Shown here one piece after another: positions 1 through 13,609 of a stretch of DNA of 64,000 nt. The notes under the pieces are model-generated. The model did no database searches. It had not been told where the DNA came from and was given only the letters and a program-made list of their open reading frames with translations. Source of the DNA: Lama guanicoe. Its lineage: Eukaryota. Every line of letters begins with the position of its first letter. Position 1 is the stretch's first letter. The stretch lies in assembly GCA_013239625.1 (NCBI GenBank), contig MU054220.1:4465374-4529373 (forward strand), given 5' to 3'. A program made the translations under genes and the position numbers.

Positions 1-807
1 CCCCACCTTCCTTCACAGGTGCTGGAGAAGGGAGACATTCTCCCTCAAGGCAAGGCCAACAGCAGCAGCCACCAGCACTGTTGAGCCTAGGAATCAAAAT
101 CTTCAGCTGCTAAGTCTAGCCTCCTGTGTGGGATAAAAAACACATTTGTTTTAGCCACTGTTTCTTGGGGTTCCTATGACATGCAGCCAAAAGACTTCCT
201 GATGATCCACTGGTAACAGGTCATCTGTATCTCATTTCTTGGCTGGGTGAAGCTTAAACACATCTATCTACTTTTGATTCTTCCCCAAACCTCATTGAAA
301 TGATAGTCAAAGGATATTCTTTAAGCCATAAAACCACAAGGATAGGGAGGACAGGAGAAGGGGAAAGGACACGAAAGTTTGCAGCTGGTAGGCAGCCAAA
401 CAGGCTGCAGCTGACCCCCGAATGCTGGATCCTAAGCCAGCACTTGGGGAAAAGCAGAGAATTAACCTGATTGGCATGGCAGAATCCCCCAGGATCAGGA
501 CTTGCCAGCTCCCAGGATCTCTGGGAGAAAGAGGTTCCTGAAATAACAGGGTTGGTTGGAAGTTTGTAGAAAAGCACGTGGAGTCCCAGATCCCTTTCTC
601 ATTCCTTGCAGTTGGGCAACCATCCTCCAACCCTGCCCCTCCCACCCAACCCCACCCCAGCAGGAAATTGGAAGAATCTTCTCTGGAACTCCCACAGCCC
701 AAAAGAAACTGACACCAGGGGTTTCCAAAAATAGTTTAGCCAGACTAGCAACATGGCGCCCTCTGTTTAGCTAAAAAAGATAAACTACAACCAAAATCCC
801 CCTGACA

Positions 808-921
808 CCTGGGTCCCACCCCGAGAGATTCCAGTATAATGGTCTGGGATATGGCCTGGACATTGGGATTTTAAAATCTTCCCACATGAGTATAATGCGA
901 AGCCAAGGCTGAGAACCTCTG
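808..921. mobile_element. MER5-type hAT-Charlie DNA transposon fragment
   Basis: CCTGGGTCCCACCCC...GGTCTGGG...CCAAGGCTGAGAACCTCTG terminus typical of MER5A/B. Confidence 0.65.
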
Positions 922-1115
922 CTGAGGACATGAGTCTCCCCTACTGAGGTCCACCTAAGCTGCCCTAGCTGAGTCCCCAGTGCAGGGGCTTCTGGAATCA
1001 TCTGGAATGAGGGCCTAAACTCTACCGTCAGTCCAAACTTCCCCGAGGGACAGAACCTGGAGCTCCACTGGAGGCCTTAAAACACCTCAGATTTAGACAC
1101 AAACTCATGATCTTC

Positions 1116-1410
1116 ACCCTCAAATCTGGCCCAGCTGTCCTCCAGGGACGGGCACTGCCGTCCACTCCTTAGCAGAAGCCGGCATCCTAGGATTCATCCA
1201 TGATGTGCCCTATAATTCTGTCTTCTGAACATCTCCCCCATCTGTCCACTTTTGTCATCTACCCTCAAATCTGGCCCAGCTGTCCTCCATCTCAGGGACG
1301 GGCACTGCCGTCCACTCCTTAGCAGAAGCCAGCATCCTAGGATTCATCCATGATGTGCCCTATAATTCTGTCTTCTGAACATCTCCCCCATCTGTCCACT
1401 TTTGTCATCT
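1116..1410 (+). repeat. Tandem duplication (145 bp + 150 bp)
   Basis: 1116-1260 and 1261-1410 are identical except for one substitution and a 5-bp indel. Confidence 0.95.
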
Positions 1411-1591
1411 CCATCTGTCCCAGCCACACCAACCTACCAACAAGTGTCACCAGAACGTGACAATCTCCTCCTGACAGGTCTCCCTGCAGCCACTGATGTC
1501 CCTGGGGTCCATTCTCTGTATCACATCAAGCATGACCATCTCAAGACACCTAATCTAGTCATGTTAGTCCTCTGCTAAAAGCCATCCATGG

Positions 1592-1994
1592 TGTGTCAGT
1601 TTCCTGGGGCTGCTAGAACAAAGAACCACAAGCTGGAGTCAGGGGTTGGGGGGTGAGTTCCACGACAGAAGTTTATTGTCTCACCATTCTTGAGACCAGG
1701 TGTGGGCAGGGCTGGTTCCCCCAGAGCCTCTTCTCAGGCCTCCAGTAGCCCCGGGCATTCCTTGGCTTATAGATGGCTGTCCCTGTGTCTCTACGAGGTC
1801 TTTCCTCTGTGTCTGTCTCTGTGTCCAAATTTCCCCTTTTTATAAAGGTATGAGTTATATTGGATTAAGAATCATCCGAATGACTTCATCTTAACTCAAT
1901 CATCTGCAAAGACCCTGTTTCCAAATAAAGTCACATTCACAGGTACTGGGAGTTACAGCTTCTTTTGGCGGGGGGCGCACAATTCATCCTAGCA
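1592..1994 (-). mobile_element. MLT1 (ERVL-MaLR) solo LTR with 5-bp TSD CATGG
   Basis: TG...CA ends, TTTCCAAATAAAGTCACATTCACAGGTACTGGG motif, CATGG at 1587-1591 and 1995-1999. Confidence 0.8.
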
Positions 1995-2844
1995 CATGGT
2001 TTCCCATTGTTTTTAGGATAAAGACCAACCTCTTCCCATGGCTGTCTGTTTCTGTGAGGAATGGTCCAGCCACCTCTCCTGTTTCATTCTCTCTCCTGCT
2101 CTCTGGGCTCCAAATTCCCTGGCCTCCTTCCTCTTAAAGGCACTGAGTTCCTTGCCGCTCACCCAGCACCATCTCCTTGGGTGCAGAACTCTCTCCTTCC
2201 TGCTCCTCACTTACCAACTCCTACTGGCCTTCCCTCTCCCTGTCCCAGCCCCTCTGCCCTCCCTCCCAGGTCAGGTCATGTTCCCAGGGACATACTCTCC
2301 TTGTCCGCTACACCTTCTTGGAACATCTACATGGCAATGAACCATCTACACTCTGTCTTCTCCACCAGAAGCAAGCTCCCTGAGGACAGACACTGAATCA
2401 GTTCTGTTGACAGCTGTCACCCTAGATATCAGGCGTGTCCTCAACATGTGCTAAGTATCAACTGCACGGTGAAAGGAGCAGTAACTGAAGACGCTGTCCT
2501 TCAACTTGGAGGCAGAGCAGCCTTCTGAGAGGCTGTGGCATCAGAGCCTCAGGTTGGAATCCCAATGCCACAATTTAACAGCCACAGAGGGTCACCTAAC
2601 CTTTCTGAGTGCAGAGTCCTCACTGAACACGGGGACTTAATGACAGCTACTCGCATCCCCTAAAATACCTGGTGCTGTGCCCAGTGCACAGCAAGCTCTT
2701 AAGGGGCTTCATTCTCCTCTGCCTGGACAGAGTACAGAACGAGAAGTCAGGGCTGGGGCGGGGGCTCCTGGTGCCACTGCACCCACGTCACTCCCTCTGT
2801 CTGGGGTGTATTTTACTCTGTCCATGGTGGGAGATGGACAAAAT

Positions 2845-2965
2845 CAGCGGTCTCAACTCCGACTAACACAGTGCCCCCTTTTTATAATAAATATTTAGTA
2901 ACATCCCCTTTACCTCCCAAAATGAAATTCTTAGGAACAAGAAACTATCCACTCACCAAACTGAA

Positions 2966-3005
<40 letters not shown>

Positions 3006-3696
3006 TGCTTTAATGCTGATATAAGGGAGAAATAAAAGGAAAATATTTTATACCAAAATTGTGGCCATTTCAAAACTATTTGAATAATGGTATATCTACA
3101 TATCAAAGACACGTATTTGAGAGATCACCTCGAATGTCCCAGCTGCAAAAGTAGACTGCCACAGAGCATTAAATCAGCGACTCGGACACCTCCAGGGGCA
3201 TTGCCAGGGAGGACTCTGTTTTCTGAGACGGTGGAAAACTCCTGGTAAAGTTCTGAGCAGTGCAAAAGAGAAAAATTAAATGAATATAAAAACGCAAAAA
3301 GCGCTTTGTATTTAGATGTTAAACAGAGTGACATTCCAAGCTCAGATTCTTAAAAACAGATTTTCCCCCCACAATCATGGTTCTCAAAGTGTGGTCCCCG
3401 GACCGGCAGGATCAGCATCATGGGGGAGCTGTTAGGAACATACATCCTTTGGCCCATCACAGACCTGATGAACCAGGAATTGGGTGGAGCTCAGGGATCT
3501 GTGTATTCAGGGCCTGCGCGCCAGGCTGGGGAAGCGCTGCCCTACAGGCACGTGCAGCGGGGCATGGAGGGGCTGTGTGAGGTGCAGGACAGTCCCTGCC
3601 GATCCGGAATCCACAGCACCCTTGCCCTGTGCGCTCCTGTCACTGCAGTAATCCAGAATGTTTCCAAGTTCCTAGCATCCCTGCTGAGAACCACTG
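2845..3696. mobile_element. hAT-Charlie-like DNA transposon with a nested MER5A (about 3375-3510) and a (CA)n tract
   Basis: Terminal inverted repeats CAGCGGTCTCAA / TGAGAACCACTG; degenerate 8-bp TSD GACAAAAT / GACTAGAT; internal TGGTTCTCAAAGTGTGGTCCCCGGACC is a MER5A start. Confidence 0.55.
2969..3004 (+). repeat. (CA)18 microsatellite
   Basis: Direct read. Confidence 0.95.
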
Positions 3697-4468
3697 GACT
3701 AGATGGTCAATAGGAAATTTCTGTTCTCGGCTTTCCTGAGATCCTTGACCTTGCCGTGGGACCGGTTGAGAAGGGACAGCACTGGAGTGAGCAGGAGGCA
3801 GGGCAGGGAGCCGAGGAACCGGCAGGCCAGGGTGCCTGGTGTTCTGGCTGAGCGACACTGTTCACCCCACAGGGTTTGGCCAGGGGTCTGGCTTCTGAAT
3901 CTGATGGCTTGAAGTGTTGGGGGAGAGGGAGGCTTGGCTTCCAAAGGGCCTTTCAAACTGCAGCTGGGTGCACTTGGCCAGGCCCGATCTTAGCTCACTG
4001 GATGGTGCTGGGGCCACAGATATTTGTCCTCTAAGCAGATGTGACCATCTGAGAGGCCGGGACATTACTCAGGGCCCAGCCCAGCCTATTCCTGACCAAG
4101 GAAGGAGAGTGGCAGCCTGCTGGGGTCTGGACTCCTATGGCTGTAAAACCCTGCCTAGAAGCCTGAAAGTCCTGGGGCCCCCAGCAAGAGTGTCTGACCT
4201 AGAGCCGCCCTCCAAACTCCCATGGGCTTCCCTGAGCTACCCCTATCCCTGCCCTGACCAATGGTCAGCCTCTCCATCTCCATCTGCCCAACACACCATG
4301 GAGGGGGGCTGTAACCCATGAATTGCTCAGGTTATTCTAGACCAGGATTGTCTGGCATCGGGGGGACAGCCAGGCTAATAGCCCAACTCCCTTCACCGTG
4401 GCCTGGGGGTCAGCCCTGTGGTCTCCACACACACATAGGGGCTAGAAAAGCGGAATTCGATGGGTGGC

Positions 4469-4890
4469 TGTGTTGACAGAGGTGGTCAGGGTTCACCCAA
4501 ATCTGCATTCTCCCCTTCTTCCAGGGCACACGCTAGACTCCATTTCCCACCTCCCTTGCTCTCAGGTGTGGGCTGTGGAATGGAGTTTAAGGCAATGACA
4601 TACGAGTAGAAGCAACATGTACCAACCCTGAGCCAAGGCTTTTAAGAGTAGCTGTGCCTCCTCCACATTCTCACTTTCTCTTGCTACTCACTGGATGCAG
4701 ATGGCAGGACCTAAATAATGGGGGGGGGGAGGCCTCCAGATGCAGGAAGCCTGGATCCCCAAATCACTGTATGCAGGAAAGCAACACGCAGACCAGGAAC
4801 ATTCATCTCAGACTCATATGAGTGAGAAATAAACTTCCACTGTGTTTGCTCTGTCATGCACTTTGTGGTCTCTGCTAGCTAACACATTCC
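4469..4890 (+). mobile_element. Old MLT1 (MaLR) solo LTR
   Basis: CATTTCCCACCTCCCTTGC...GAAGCCTGGATCCCC...GTGAGAAATAAACTT signature. Confidence 0.65.
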
Positions 4891-6064
4891 ATTATACTAG
4901 TCGTGACCCTCCAGTCATATCTGCTACACTGGCAGTGGGGATGGTCAAGGTCTCTCCCATCCAGTGGTGCATGGACCTCTAACACTGGTCCCGCCTTCCA
5001 CTTGGGAGAACTGAGGTTGATCATCAGAGGTGTCTCATCAGCCATGCACGCCTTCATCAAGTGTCAGTGAGTGCCCACAACATGCCAAGTCAGCGCCAGG
5101 CTCTGGGGGCACCAGGTAAATGTGGCACATTCCTGCCCAGGGGCTGAGGGGACAGACCTGTGGCTGCACAGTAATGATACCCCATGGGAAGGGATGTACT
5201 GGGGGCGAGAACCCCTGGCGGGGAGAGCCCAGATCCAGGAGGGATTCCTGTCTGAGAGGCTGGAAAGATCTTACCGAGCAGCCAAAGGCATGTTAACTGG
5301 GGCTGCCTTGAAAGGAGGAGGGAGTCGTTAAGAAAAGAAGAGGAGGGAGGGGAAAATTCCAAAAAAGGAGAACAAAGGCAAGGGGTGTGAAAGGTCCCAG
5401 TTGCCTGGGAAGCGGAGAGATGGCCGGGGTGGCCCGAATATCATAGGGACAGTATCATGAGTACAATGTTGGAGACAGGGCAGTTGGGGGTTGGGGGGCC
5501 ATCTACTGGGACCAGATCATGGAGGGTCTTGAATGCCAGGCCTGAGTCCAGCATGAACCTTGGGAGGTTCTGAGGGATGGAATGACACCATCCTTACTGT
5601 CCTGATTCCAGAGCTACCACTTAGAAAATATTTCAGAAGCTGTGTTTGTAGGGCTATGTATTCTGCAACAATGTCCTGCTTAACACTCACAGCAAACATA
5701 GGAGGCAGGTTCTCCATGATCCCATTTTGCAGATGACAAAATTGAGGTTCTAAGAGGTTAGGAACTTGCCCAACTCCACACAGTTGTAGGGCTGGGACTT
5801 GAACCCACTAGAACATTAGCTTCCTGCTTTGTTTTGGTTACTGCTATAGCTCACAGCAGACCCTCAAATATTTGGGGGATGAATGAATCAACCTATCTAA
5901 TTCTAAAATCCTGCAATGCTAATCAGACTTTTTATTTTCAGGGATGCCCCTGGCTTCAGTGGGATAGGTAAGGGTTTGGCAGCCCTAAAGGAGAGGCTGG
6001 ACTAGGGCAGCAATAGGGGAAATGAAAGTGATGTAAAAGAATCGGGCAGACTTTGTTGACCAAT

Positions 6065-6285
6065 CAGCTAATAGGAGCTGCAATTTACTGAGCAATTGCT
6101 ATGTGACAGGCCCTGTCCTATGCCCTTTACTAGTATTAACTCAATATCTCTTCCCTACAGGCCTATGAAGCAGGGACTCTCCTTAGCTCTATTTCACAGA
6201 TGAGTAAACTGAGGCACCAAGAGGTGAAAGGTCACAGATCCAGTAGGTGAGGGATGTGAGACTCAAAACCAGGCACGCTGGGGTC
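6065..6285 (-). mobile_element. MIR SINE
   Basis: Core TTTCACAGATGAGTAAACTGAGGCAC. Confidence 0.7.
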
Positions 6286-6378
6286 AGAGGTCTGTGCAGG
6301 GAGGAGGAAGGGTAGGAGAGGAGGCAAAGGTGGCGCTAGGTTTCTGGCAAGGTGACTGAGGGATGTGGAGCCTCTGCT

Positions 6379-6396
6379 CCCCCCCCCCCCCCCCCC
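6379..6396 (+). repeat. C18 homopolymer
   Basis: Direct read. Confidence 0.9.
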
Positions 6397-8626
6397 GCTG
6401 GCCTGGAATTCAGATGAGCCGGGCTGCAGACTGCCTGACCTCTGGGCCAGGCCAGCATTCGGGGGTGGGGGGGTGGGGTGCAGTGTTTTTCTGCGGGACC
6501 CCCGAGGTGGCTCTGAAAGAAGCTGTGTGTGGAGTGCAGATGATTCCACCCAACCCTCAACCCCAGCAATGATGGCCGTTGCCAGGTGACCAAGGATGCT
6601 ACAGCTATGGAAGGCAAGGCTTGCAGAAGTGGGGTCTGGGCCAGCAGGGGCTGGGCCAGGGCAACGAAGGGTCAATTCCAGCTCTCTCCTTTCTCAATAT
6701 TGCAGACAAGTGCCCAGCACCTCTGCCCTCCTCCACAACCCCCTTTGGCCACCTGAACTCTGCCCCTGCTGGGAGAGGCTGCGGTGCCTCAGCTGGGAGC
6801 CAGGATGTGGGGCTCAACGGGCCCAGGCCACGAGGAAGGGCAGGGCTGGGAATGAGGAACAGAGGAAGGACAAGGTCTAACTCAGAGCCCATCTGTGAGC
6901 AGAGACCCGCAGCCACTGCATGGCCCCAGGCAGTAAAGGAAACAGGAGGAGTCTCAAAATAGACCAGAAGCGTGCAGCTCCGCTGCATTTCCCTGCTCCC
7001 ACCATCTGGCCGAGCCTGGGCCGGAAGAGAAGCGGGGGAGGGGAGGGCTGGGTGTGGATGGGCTCGGCTGCCTGTCAGCCCTGAGCCAAGGAGACACCCA
7101 CCATCACCCAGTGCCACTCCCTGCCAGGTTTTCTGCTCATCTTCTATGAATTCTCATGGCGTGGCTGCAAGGCAGGGATTCTTGTCATGTGGAAAATGAG
7201 GAAGCTGAGGAGCAGAGAGGTAAAGTGACTTGTCCATGACCCAAAGCCGGCTAATGGCAGAGCCAAATGAACCTGAGTCCCGTGCTGAGACACGAGGACT
7301 GATGGCAAGGCCTGCAGCCTGCCCACCCCAGAACCTGCTAGAAGTCTCCTGACTTTGGGCTAAATCTAACCTTAGAGCAGTATCCCCAAAAGCCAGATTC
7401 GTGAGTCACCAGTCATAGCCCAGTAAGGACCAGCCTAGGGGCAATGGCCCGCCTGCCCTGTGGCTGCCTGGGGGACCAGAGCAATAGGAGGCTTGGTAGG
7501 GAAGAGTGGTTGGGGAGCTCAGGAAATAGAGGGGGTTGGAAGGTAGAAGAGAAAAAGGCAAGAAGAGAAAAGAAGGAAGAAAAAGAGAGGGAGAGGGAAA
7601 GAATAAATGGGAGAGCCTCTGTGTGGAAAAGAGGGGAGAGGAGGAGAGGAACGGTGATCTCGAACTGAAAGCTCCGTTCTGAGCCCTAAGGAAGCCTGTC
7701 TTTCTCTCCTGTCTTCTCTGCAGAGCAGAAGTGCACAAAGTGTGTGTGGCCACCCAGAGCCTCCTGGAAACCCACTGGCAGAAGCAGGGCATGTGGGTGG
7801 GGCTCACCAGGGAGGGCTTCCTAGAGGAGGGGAGCCAGGACCCAGGTGATGGAGATAGGCCTGGAGGCTGTGCCTCAGGGCCCGGTGGCAGCCTCTATAG
7901 GCATGTGCATCTCTGCAGCTGCATCTCTGCAGGCTCCCCTTTCAACGAGAGGTCTAGGTGAAGACCATCCTGGTTAGGACCTTCTTTGAGGTTTCGGGGC
8001 TCTAGAGAGTGTAGGAATGGGAGGAAACGCTAGACTCCAGGGCCAACTCCCAAAATAGCTGCCATTTTCTGAGGACTTACTGTGAGCTAGGTCCCGTGTC
8101 CCTGCCTGGGGATCCTCTGGCGAACCAGATGGCCTGGTGGGGTAGACAGACCAGTAGAGGCATGATTGAACACATGCGCTGAGTGAGCCCAAGGAAACCA
8201 TGAAGCCGTGGGAAGAGGCACCTCCTGAAAATGGGGGCTTAGAACAAACCCAGAGTGAATCTCCTTGCCCTCCAACAAAGGCTTGGCTTGCCTGAGCCTC
8301 TTCCAGGCCCGCCCTGAAGCTGGGCATCCCAAGGGCTCCTGGATATTCACCATTCAGGTGGGAACAGGAGAGAGCCCCTTCCAGTCCTCTCCTGAATTGC
8401 TTTGACTTTCGGGATTTGGGGACTTCCTGGGAAAAACTACCCACCCCACCCACCCGTGAAAGCCTATGAACAAGCCTAAAATTCACATTTGGGGGGGTGG
8501 GTGGTCGTTAAGTGTTATAAAAGAAAAACTGTTAGAGAGAGCACAATTAACCTTGGTTCACTCAATAATAAATAAATAAATAAAGTTAGAAAATAGACAA
8601 AAAACTTGGTTCAAACTTACCTAGCT

Positions 8627-8865
8627 TGTTGGGTAAGAGTGTGCATTTTGGAGACAGACTGCCTTGATTTGAACCCTAGGTCCACCACTTTAAATTCTGG
8701 ATAAGTTATTTAACCTCCCCGAGCCTCAGTTTCCTCCTCTGTAAAATGGGAATAAGAACAGTACCTAGCACGTGGGGTGAAGATGAGATAAGGTAACATA
8801 TGTAAAGCCCTTACCAGATTGTGTGGCATTTAGAAAACACCCAGTAATTGTTAGCTGTTGTTATT
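8627..8865 (+). mobile_element. Near full-length MIR SINE
   Basis: GAGCCTCAGTTTCCTCCTCTGTAAAATGGGAATAAGAACAGTACCTA core with recognisable 5' and 3' flanks. Confidence 0.85.
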
Positions 8866-10469
8866 TATTATTGCTATTGCTGTCATCTTTATTGTTATGC
8901 ACACAGCACTAGCTTTGTACCAAGCCTCGTACTTGGCACCAGAACTAAGAAGAGCAGTAAAACAACCCCTGTACTCTAGAAGTTCATAGTCAAATACACA
9001 GGGCAGGTGAGAGCCAGCAGAGAGTCATTCACACCTTAGTATGAACTAGTTTCATAAACCACTGTCCTTGAAGGGGGAAGAAACTTTCTAGTAAGAAGAC
9101 CAAATCTGTAGGAGAAAGGATTTCACAGTATGGAAAACTCTTGCTTGATGCTAGAACATGAGGGGAATTCATCCATCCTGTTTTGTTTTGTTGGGATCAG
9201 AGTGGTGATGCAGATCTGACCCACATACTGAAACCAGGGAAACTGGTTTCCATGCATATTCTTCCAGGGTCTGCAGGTCCTTGGCCCAAGGAAATTCCCT
9301 GCAGGAGGTGGCAGGAAGAAGCATCTGCCTGAAGAGCCAGAAAGGAAAAATCTTCTCCGCCTGCCAAATGTACATCATTGTTCCCGCCATATCCCAGCCT
9401 TAGACCCACTTCTGTTGGGACTTCCGCCTCGCCTTGGCCTTGAACTTCAAAATGCTGGATTATTTGGATTCTGTTTACTTGGGAAGAGATGTGAGCCTTT
9501 TTCGGGAAGTTGGCTGGGCCTCCTGCCCTGTGGTCCCCATCCTCCCACAGATCGGGACAGATACCAAACGGGACCTGGGCCACCTCTGTGGTCTGCGAGG
9601 AAGCTCAGTTCAGAGGAAGGCAGAGCGAGCCTGGGAATGTGGGTGGTGGAGTGGGGGAGGCTGGATGGACTGTTGACCCAGATTTTACTTCCTGTCTCAC
9701 TTCCCTCCATTCCCAAATACCGGCTTGGGCTGAACCCCAACCACTGGCCATCAGGAAATCAAAAGTCGTCTCCTTGCTGGGAGTGAGGCGGAGAATCAGA
9801 TTTCACTCAGCTGGGGATCAGGCATCCTGTAGTCCACCTGGGCTGCATACCAAGCCCCTTCTGCTGGAGTCAGTAAGTTGGCCCATCAGGTCCACCCCTC
9901 ATCTCTCCTTTGGCACAGGAGCAAACTAAACCCAGATTGGGACAGAGATCTCTGATCAAAACCACACTGTGGGATGGTGGCAGAGGTCACACCTAGGCCA
10001 AGGTCTTGTGACTCCAGGTTCTCAGGAAATTCAGAATAAATGCATGCATGCATGAATAAATGTATGCAAATCCTGATGTGTGTGCCCCTACAGCAGTGAC
10101 AGAGTGGGGGGGGGCAATCAAGAATTCATTACACAGCTTTTCTTAAAGAAGAACGTAGGGGACCAGGACACTAGAGAGAGGGAACAGGGTCCCAGGTTCT
10201 GCAGTGCCCAGACCATGCCACTTATTAGGGTGGGGCTATCACTAGAACTTATTTACCTCTTCTGGGATGGGAGCGGTGAGGGAACATATTCCTTTGTATA
10301 GTTAACAGAAGTTTATAGGGGGAATGTCACATGCTGACCATAGGATTTGCCCAGCAAATCATCCAGACAAGGTCCCTTCACTCGTGGGAGAGACAACCAA
10401 CTAACAAGCAGGCAAAGGAATGAGGGATGACAACTGCAACACCCATGTGATGGAAGCAAACAGGGCTGG

Positions 10470-11220
10470 GATGCAATTGGTGGAAAGAAGGGCAGGGAGG
10501 GGTCTGCATCACCTACCTGAAGAGGTGGCATTTAGACTGAGCCCATAGAAAGAGAAGGAACCAGCCCAGTAAAGCTCTAGAGAAAGGGCTTTTCTAGGCA
10601 GAGGAAACAACAAGTGCAAAGGCCCTGAGGTCAGCAAGAGCTCTGCATTGTCACCAATGAAAGGCCACAATGGGTGGCTGGAGCTCTGTGAGGGAGCAGA
10701 GAGGGGAGACCAATAAGGTCTGTGAGGTGGGCCAGGGCCAGGTCACAAAGGGATTCACGACCAGGGTCAGGGAGGCATAGATCTTATTCAGAAAGCACCA
10801 GGGAGCCAGGGAAAAGTTATAAGCAGGAGGGTTGATGGGATCCAATTTATGTGTGAGGACCTATTTTGCTTTGAATAAAGGGTAGATGAGGTAAGATGGG
10901 AGGGAGAGGCAGCAGGGAGACTGATTAGGAGAGTGTGCAGTGATTGGGATGAGAGATGCTGTCACCTGAAGGCTGGTAGTGTTGATGGTAAAAGGACGAC
11001 TTCCTGAAGAGAAGTGGTAGAAATGACAGGGCTTGCTGAAGTCGTTGATGACTGTGAGAGGGGGAGAAATAAAAATGCCTCTGGCTTTAGCAACCCAGTA
11101 GATGTCATTTAATTAGATTGGGGGAGAGTGAAATGAAATGCTTGGCTTCAGACAAGTTAAGTTAGAGGTGACTTTAGACATCCAAGGGGAGATGCTGAGG
11201 AGGCAGCTGGACATTCACAG
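10470..11220 (-). mobile_element. L2 LINE remnant
   Basis: AGGCAGAGGAAACAACAAGTGCAAAGGCCCTGAGG and GAGATGCTGAGGAGGCAGCTGGA, typical L2 antisense motifs. Confidence 0.7.
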
Positions 11221-13609
11221 CAATGACAATAACTGGGATGCTCAGATACGATTTGTTTCTATTTCCTGTCTGCCGTGTGCCTCTCTGCCAGGCCCCACCT
11301 GGAGGGCAGTTGCTGAGCCTGGCTTTGCTCCTAACCCTGTTCTCAATATTGAGGCCAGTGCCAGGCTGGGGCCTGGTTTGTGAAATAAACAGAAAGGGGA
11401 GAGGCTGCTGGATGTGTAGGTGGAGCTGGAAATCAAGGCCCCTGTGGCAGACCCAGCCTAAGGAAATTGTCCAGTTGGGTCTCCTGGGAAACTCGGCTGC
11501 TGGCTTCCGGCTTTCCCATCTCATTTTGGTCTCCTTCCCTTCTGCCAGCTTCCTGCCAAGAAACACAGCCTCCAGGCATAAATCATTAACTCCAATCACC
11601 TCTTAGGCAGGCGCTGCACTTCAGTTCTCAAAGCACTTTGCCTGCCATTATCTTGAGTGATCCTTCAAACCACCCTGGGAGGTAGGCAGAGGCAGGGCCC
11701 ACCTGATTGCTGCTGCCCACAGGAAAAAAGGGGAAAAGGATGTTGATGGCACAACCAGAATTCAAAAAGAGTCTGGGTGTGTTCGGTTCCCCTAGGAGGT
11801 TGCATTTGAAACAGAGCAGCAGAAAGAAGCTCCTGAAAAGGCATGTGGACCGTGGCTTTGCAGGCTTTGTGACGACCAGCCAATGGGAAGTGCAGGGCTG
11901 GGGAAAGCCCAGGCCCCCTGGGGCCGTGCTGTGCTCGGGGAATCTCTGCACACAGCCCCTCCCCACTCTGCACAGGACTCCGTGGGAAAGCCAGCCTCTC
12001 ACTACACTGTTTCACGTTCCCAATCCAGGCTCACCCTCTACATGAGGACAACTCCCACTAGCTTGGCTGAGGGCTCTCTGGAGGAAGCTGGAAAGAACTC
12101 ATTGTGCCAAAGTGGCCAACTCCCTTTCTCTCCCTGGGGCCTGTCTCCCCATCTCACAAATGGGAAGTTGGATAAAACTGAACAGGTCCCTGGCAACCCT
12201 CCAGTACTTTGAGTTTCTCTCTGATTTGAAGGTCTGTGGACCCCAGCTTTGGGTTTCCCTCAGGTTGTGATCTGAAGGCTCTCACCCCACCCTCACTGTA
12301 CCTGCCCAGGGCCACCCCTCTGGGGGCCTGGCACCAGGTGGTCCCACAGGAGGCCCTGCCACTTCCCACCAGCCTCTACTCAGCCCAGCAGACACACGTC
12401 ACCTGCTCTCCACATCTAAGTCCCGTGGCCCAGGCTTGGAACAATTTCCCTCGGTTGGGCAAGGCTATGACAGGAAAGGGACAGGACCTGACCTCTGCTT
12501 GGAAAGCCAATTGTGCAACACAGTCCTGTGAGGGCAGGCACATGACCGACAGGAAAGGCCTCCTAAGGGAGCCAGCGCCTTCTTTGAAATGAATATCTTG
12601 GCAAGATCAACAAAGAAATGTCCTTTTGGACACCACTAACTCTGGTCACTGCTAATTGATTCAGAGTCTGGCTGCAGTGTTGTGTCTCGGCAGCATCCCT
12701 GAATACAGAGCCTTGCTAGGTCATGGTCAAGTACACGGAGAGTTGCAGGAGTGGTGCATAACCTATGCTTCTGGCTTCTGCACACCCAAACCTCTTGTTT
12801 GTACTTATAGGTGGTCTAAGCCCCCAGTACGTTCATCTGGGCATCTTCTCCCAAGGCAAGCAAGTAACATATTTTTAGTAACAAGTAAAAGTCTTTAGTA
12901 TCAAGTCTAGTAAATAAAGCCGATAATGTCTTTTGGGGCCAGTAGGGGCAGAAGTAGACGGAGGAGAGAGTTTAATGGCAAAGCTATACAGAGATTTTTT
13001 TTTCCCCCTTATAATGTAAAGTGTTTCTGAAGATGATGAAATATTTGCGTCACTGTTTGGAATAAGCACATGATAATGGCCACGTGTACTGGACACCTAC
13101 CATGTGCCAGAAACAGGCTGAGAATCAGATTTTTAAAAAAATCTCTTCTATTGATTAAAGGCCGTTAAAATTTTTTTTCTCGTCTTGAATCCATTTATGT
13201 CTTTCAGAGAAATTTTTGTATCTAAATTTTCATTATACCAGCATAACATTGTTCATAGTATTCTCTTCCTCATGTAACGTCCACAGGGTCTCTAGTGATG
13301 CCCACTCTTTTATTCCTGACACTGGTGATTTGTGTTCTTTCTTCTTATTAGTTTCATGGGTGAGGAAACTGAGGCTCCATGAGATTACAGAATCGCCCGA
13401 GCCATAGTCAGTGCGTTAAGAAGCTGAAATCCAAACCCGGTCTGATTCTCCCTGCCCCTCACCAGGGCCCTCGTGATTATCTTTAAGAACCACACTGAAT
13501 GGGTGACTTAAAGTGACTCAGGCATGATACTTCCATCTACTCAGCATGTTCCTTAAAGAGGTACTCATGTCCCCTCGAGTCCCCTCGTGATCTCAGTCCA
13601 AAGCGCTGC

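Larger units (their letters stand above)
1075..2465 (+). mobile_element. L2 LINE 3' remnant interrupted by an MLT1 LTR
   Basis: L2-like motifs (AAACTCATGATCTTC, CTCCTGACAGGTCTCCCTGC, AAGCTCCCTGAGGACAGA); the L2 sequence resumes after the LTR. Confidence 0.65.

Noticed and set aside
7544..7650. Purine-rich tract as H-DNA candidate (also pyrimidine-rich 41560-41770)
   Set aside because: Interrupted and without clear mirror symmetry; ordinary low-complexity sequence.
10064..10071. Octamer ATGCAAAT (also at 50284-50291)
   Set aside because: Isolated motifs within repeat-derived or low-complexity tails; chance occurrence is expected.
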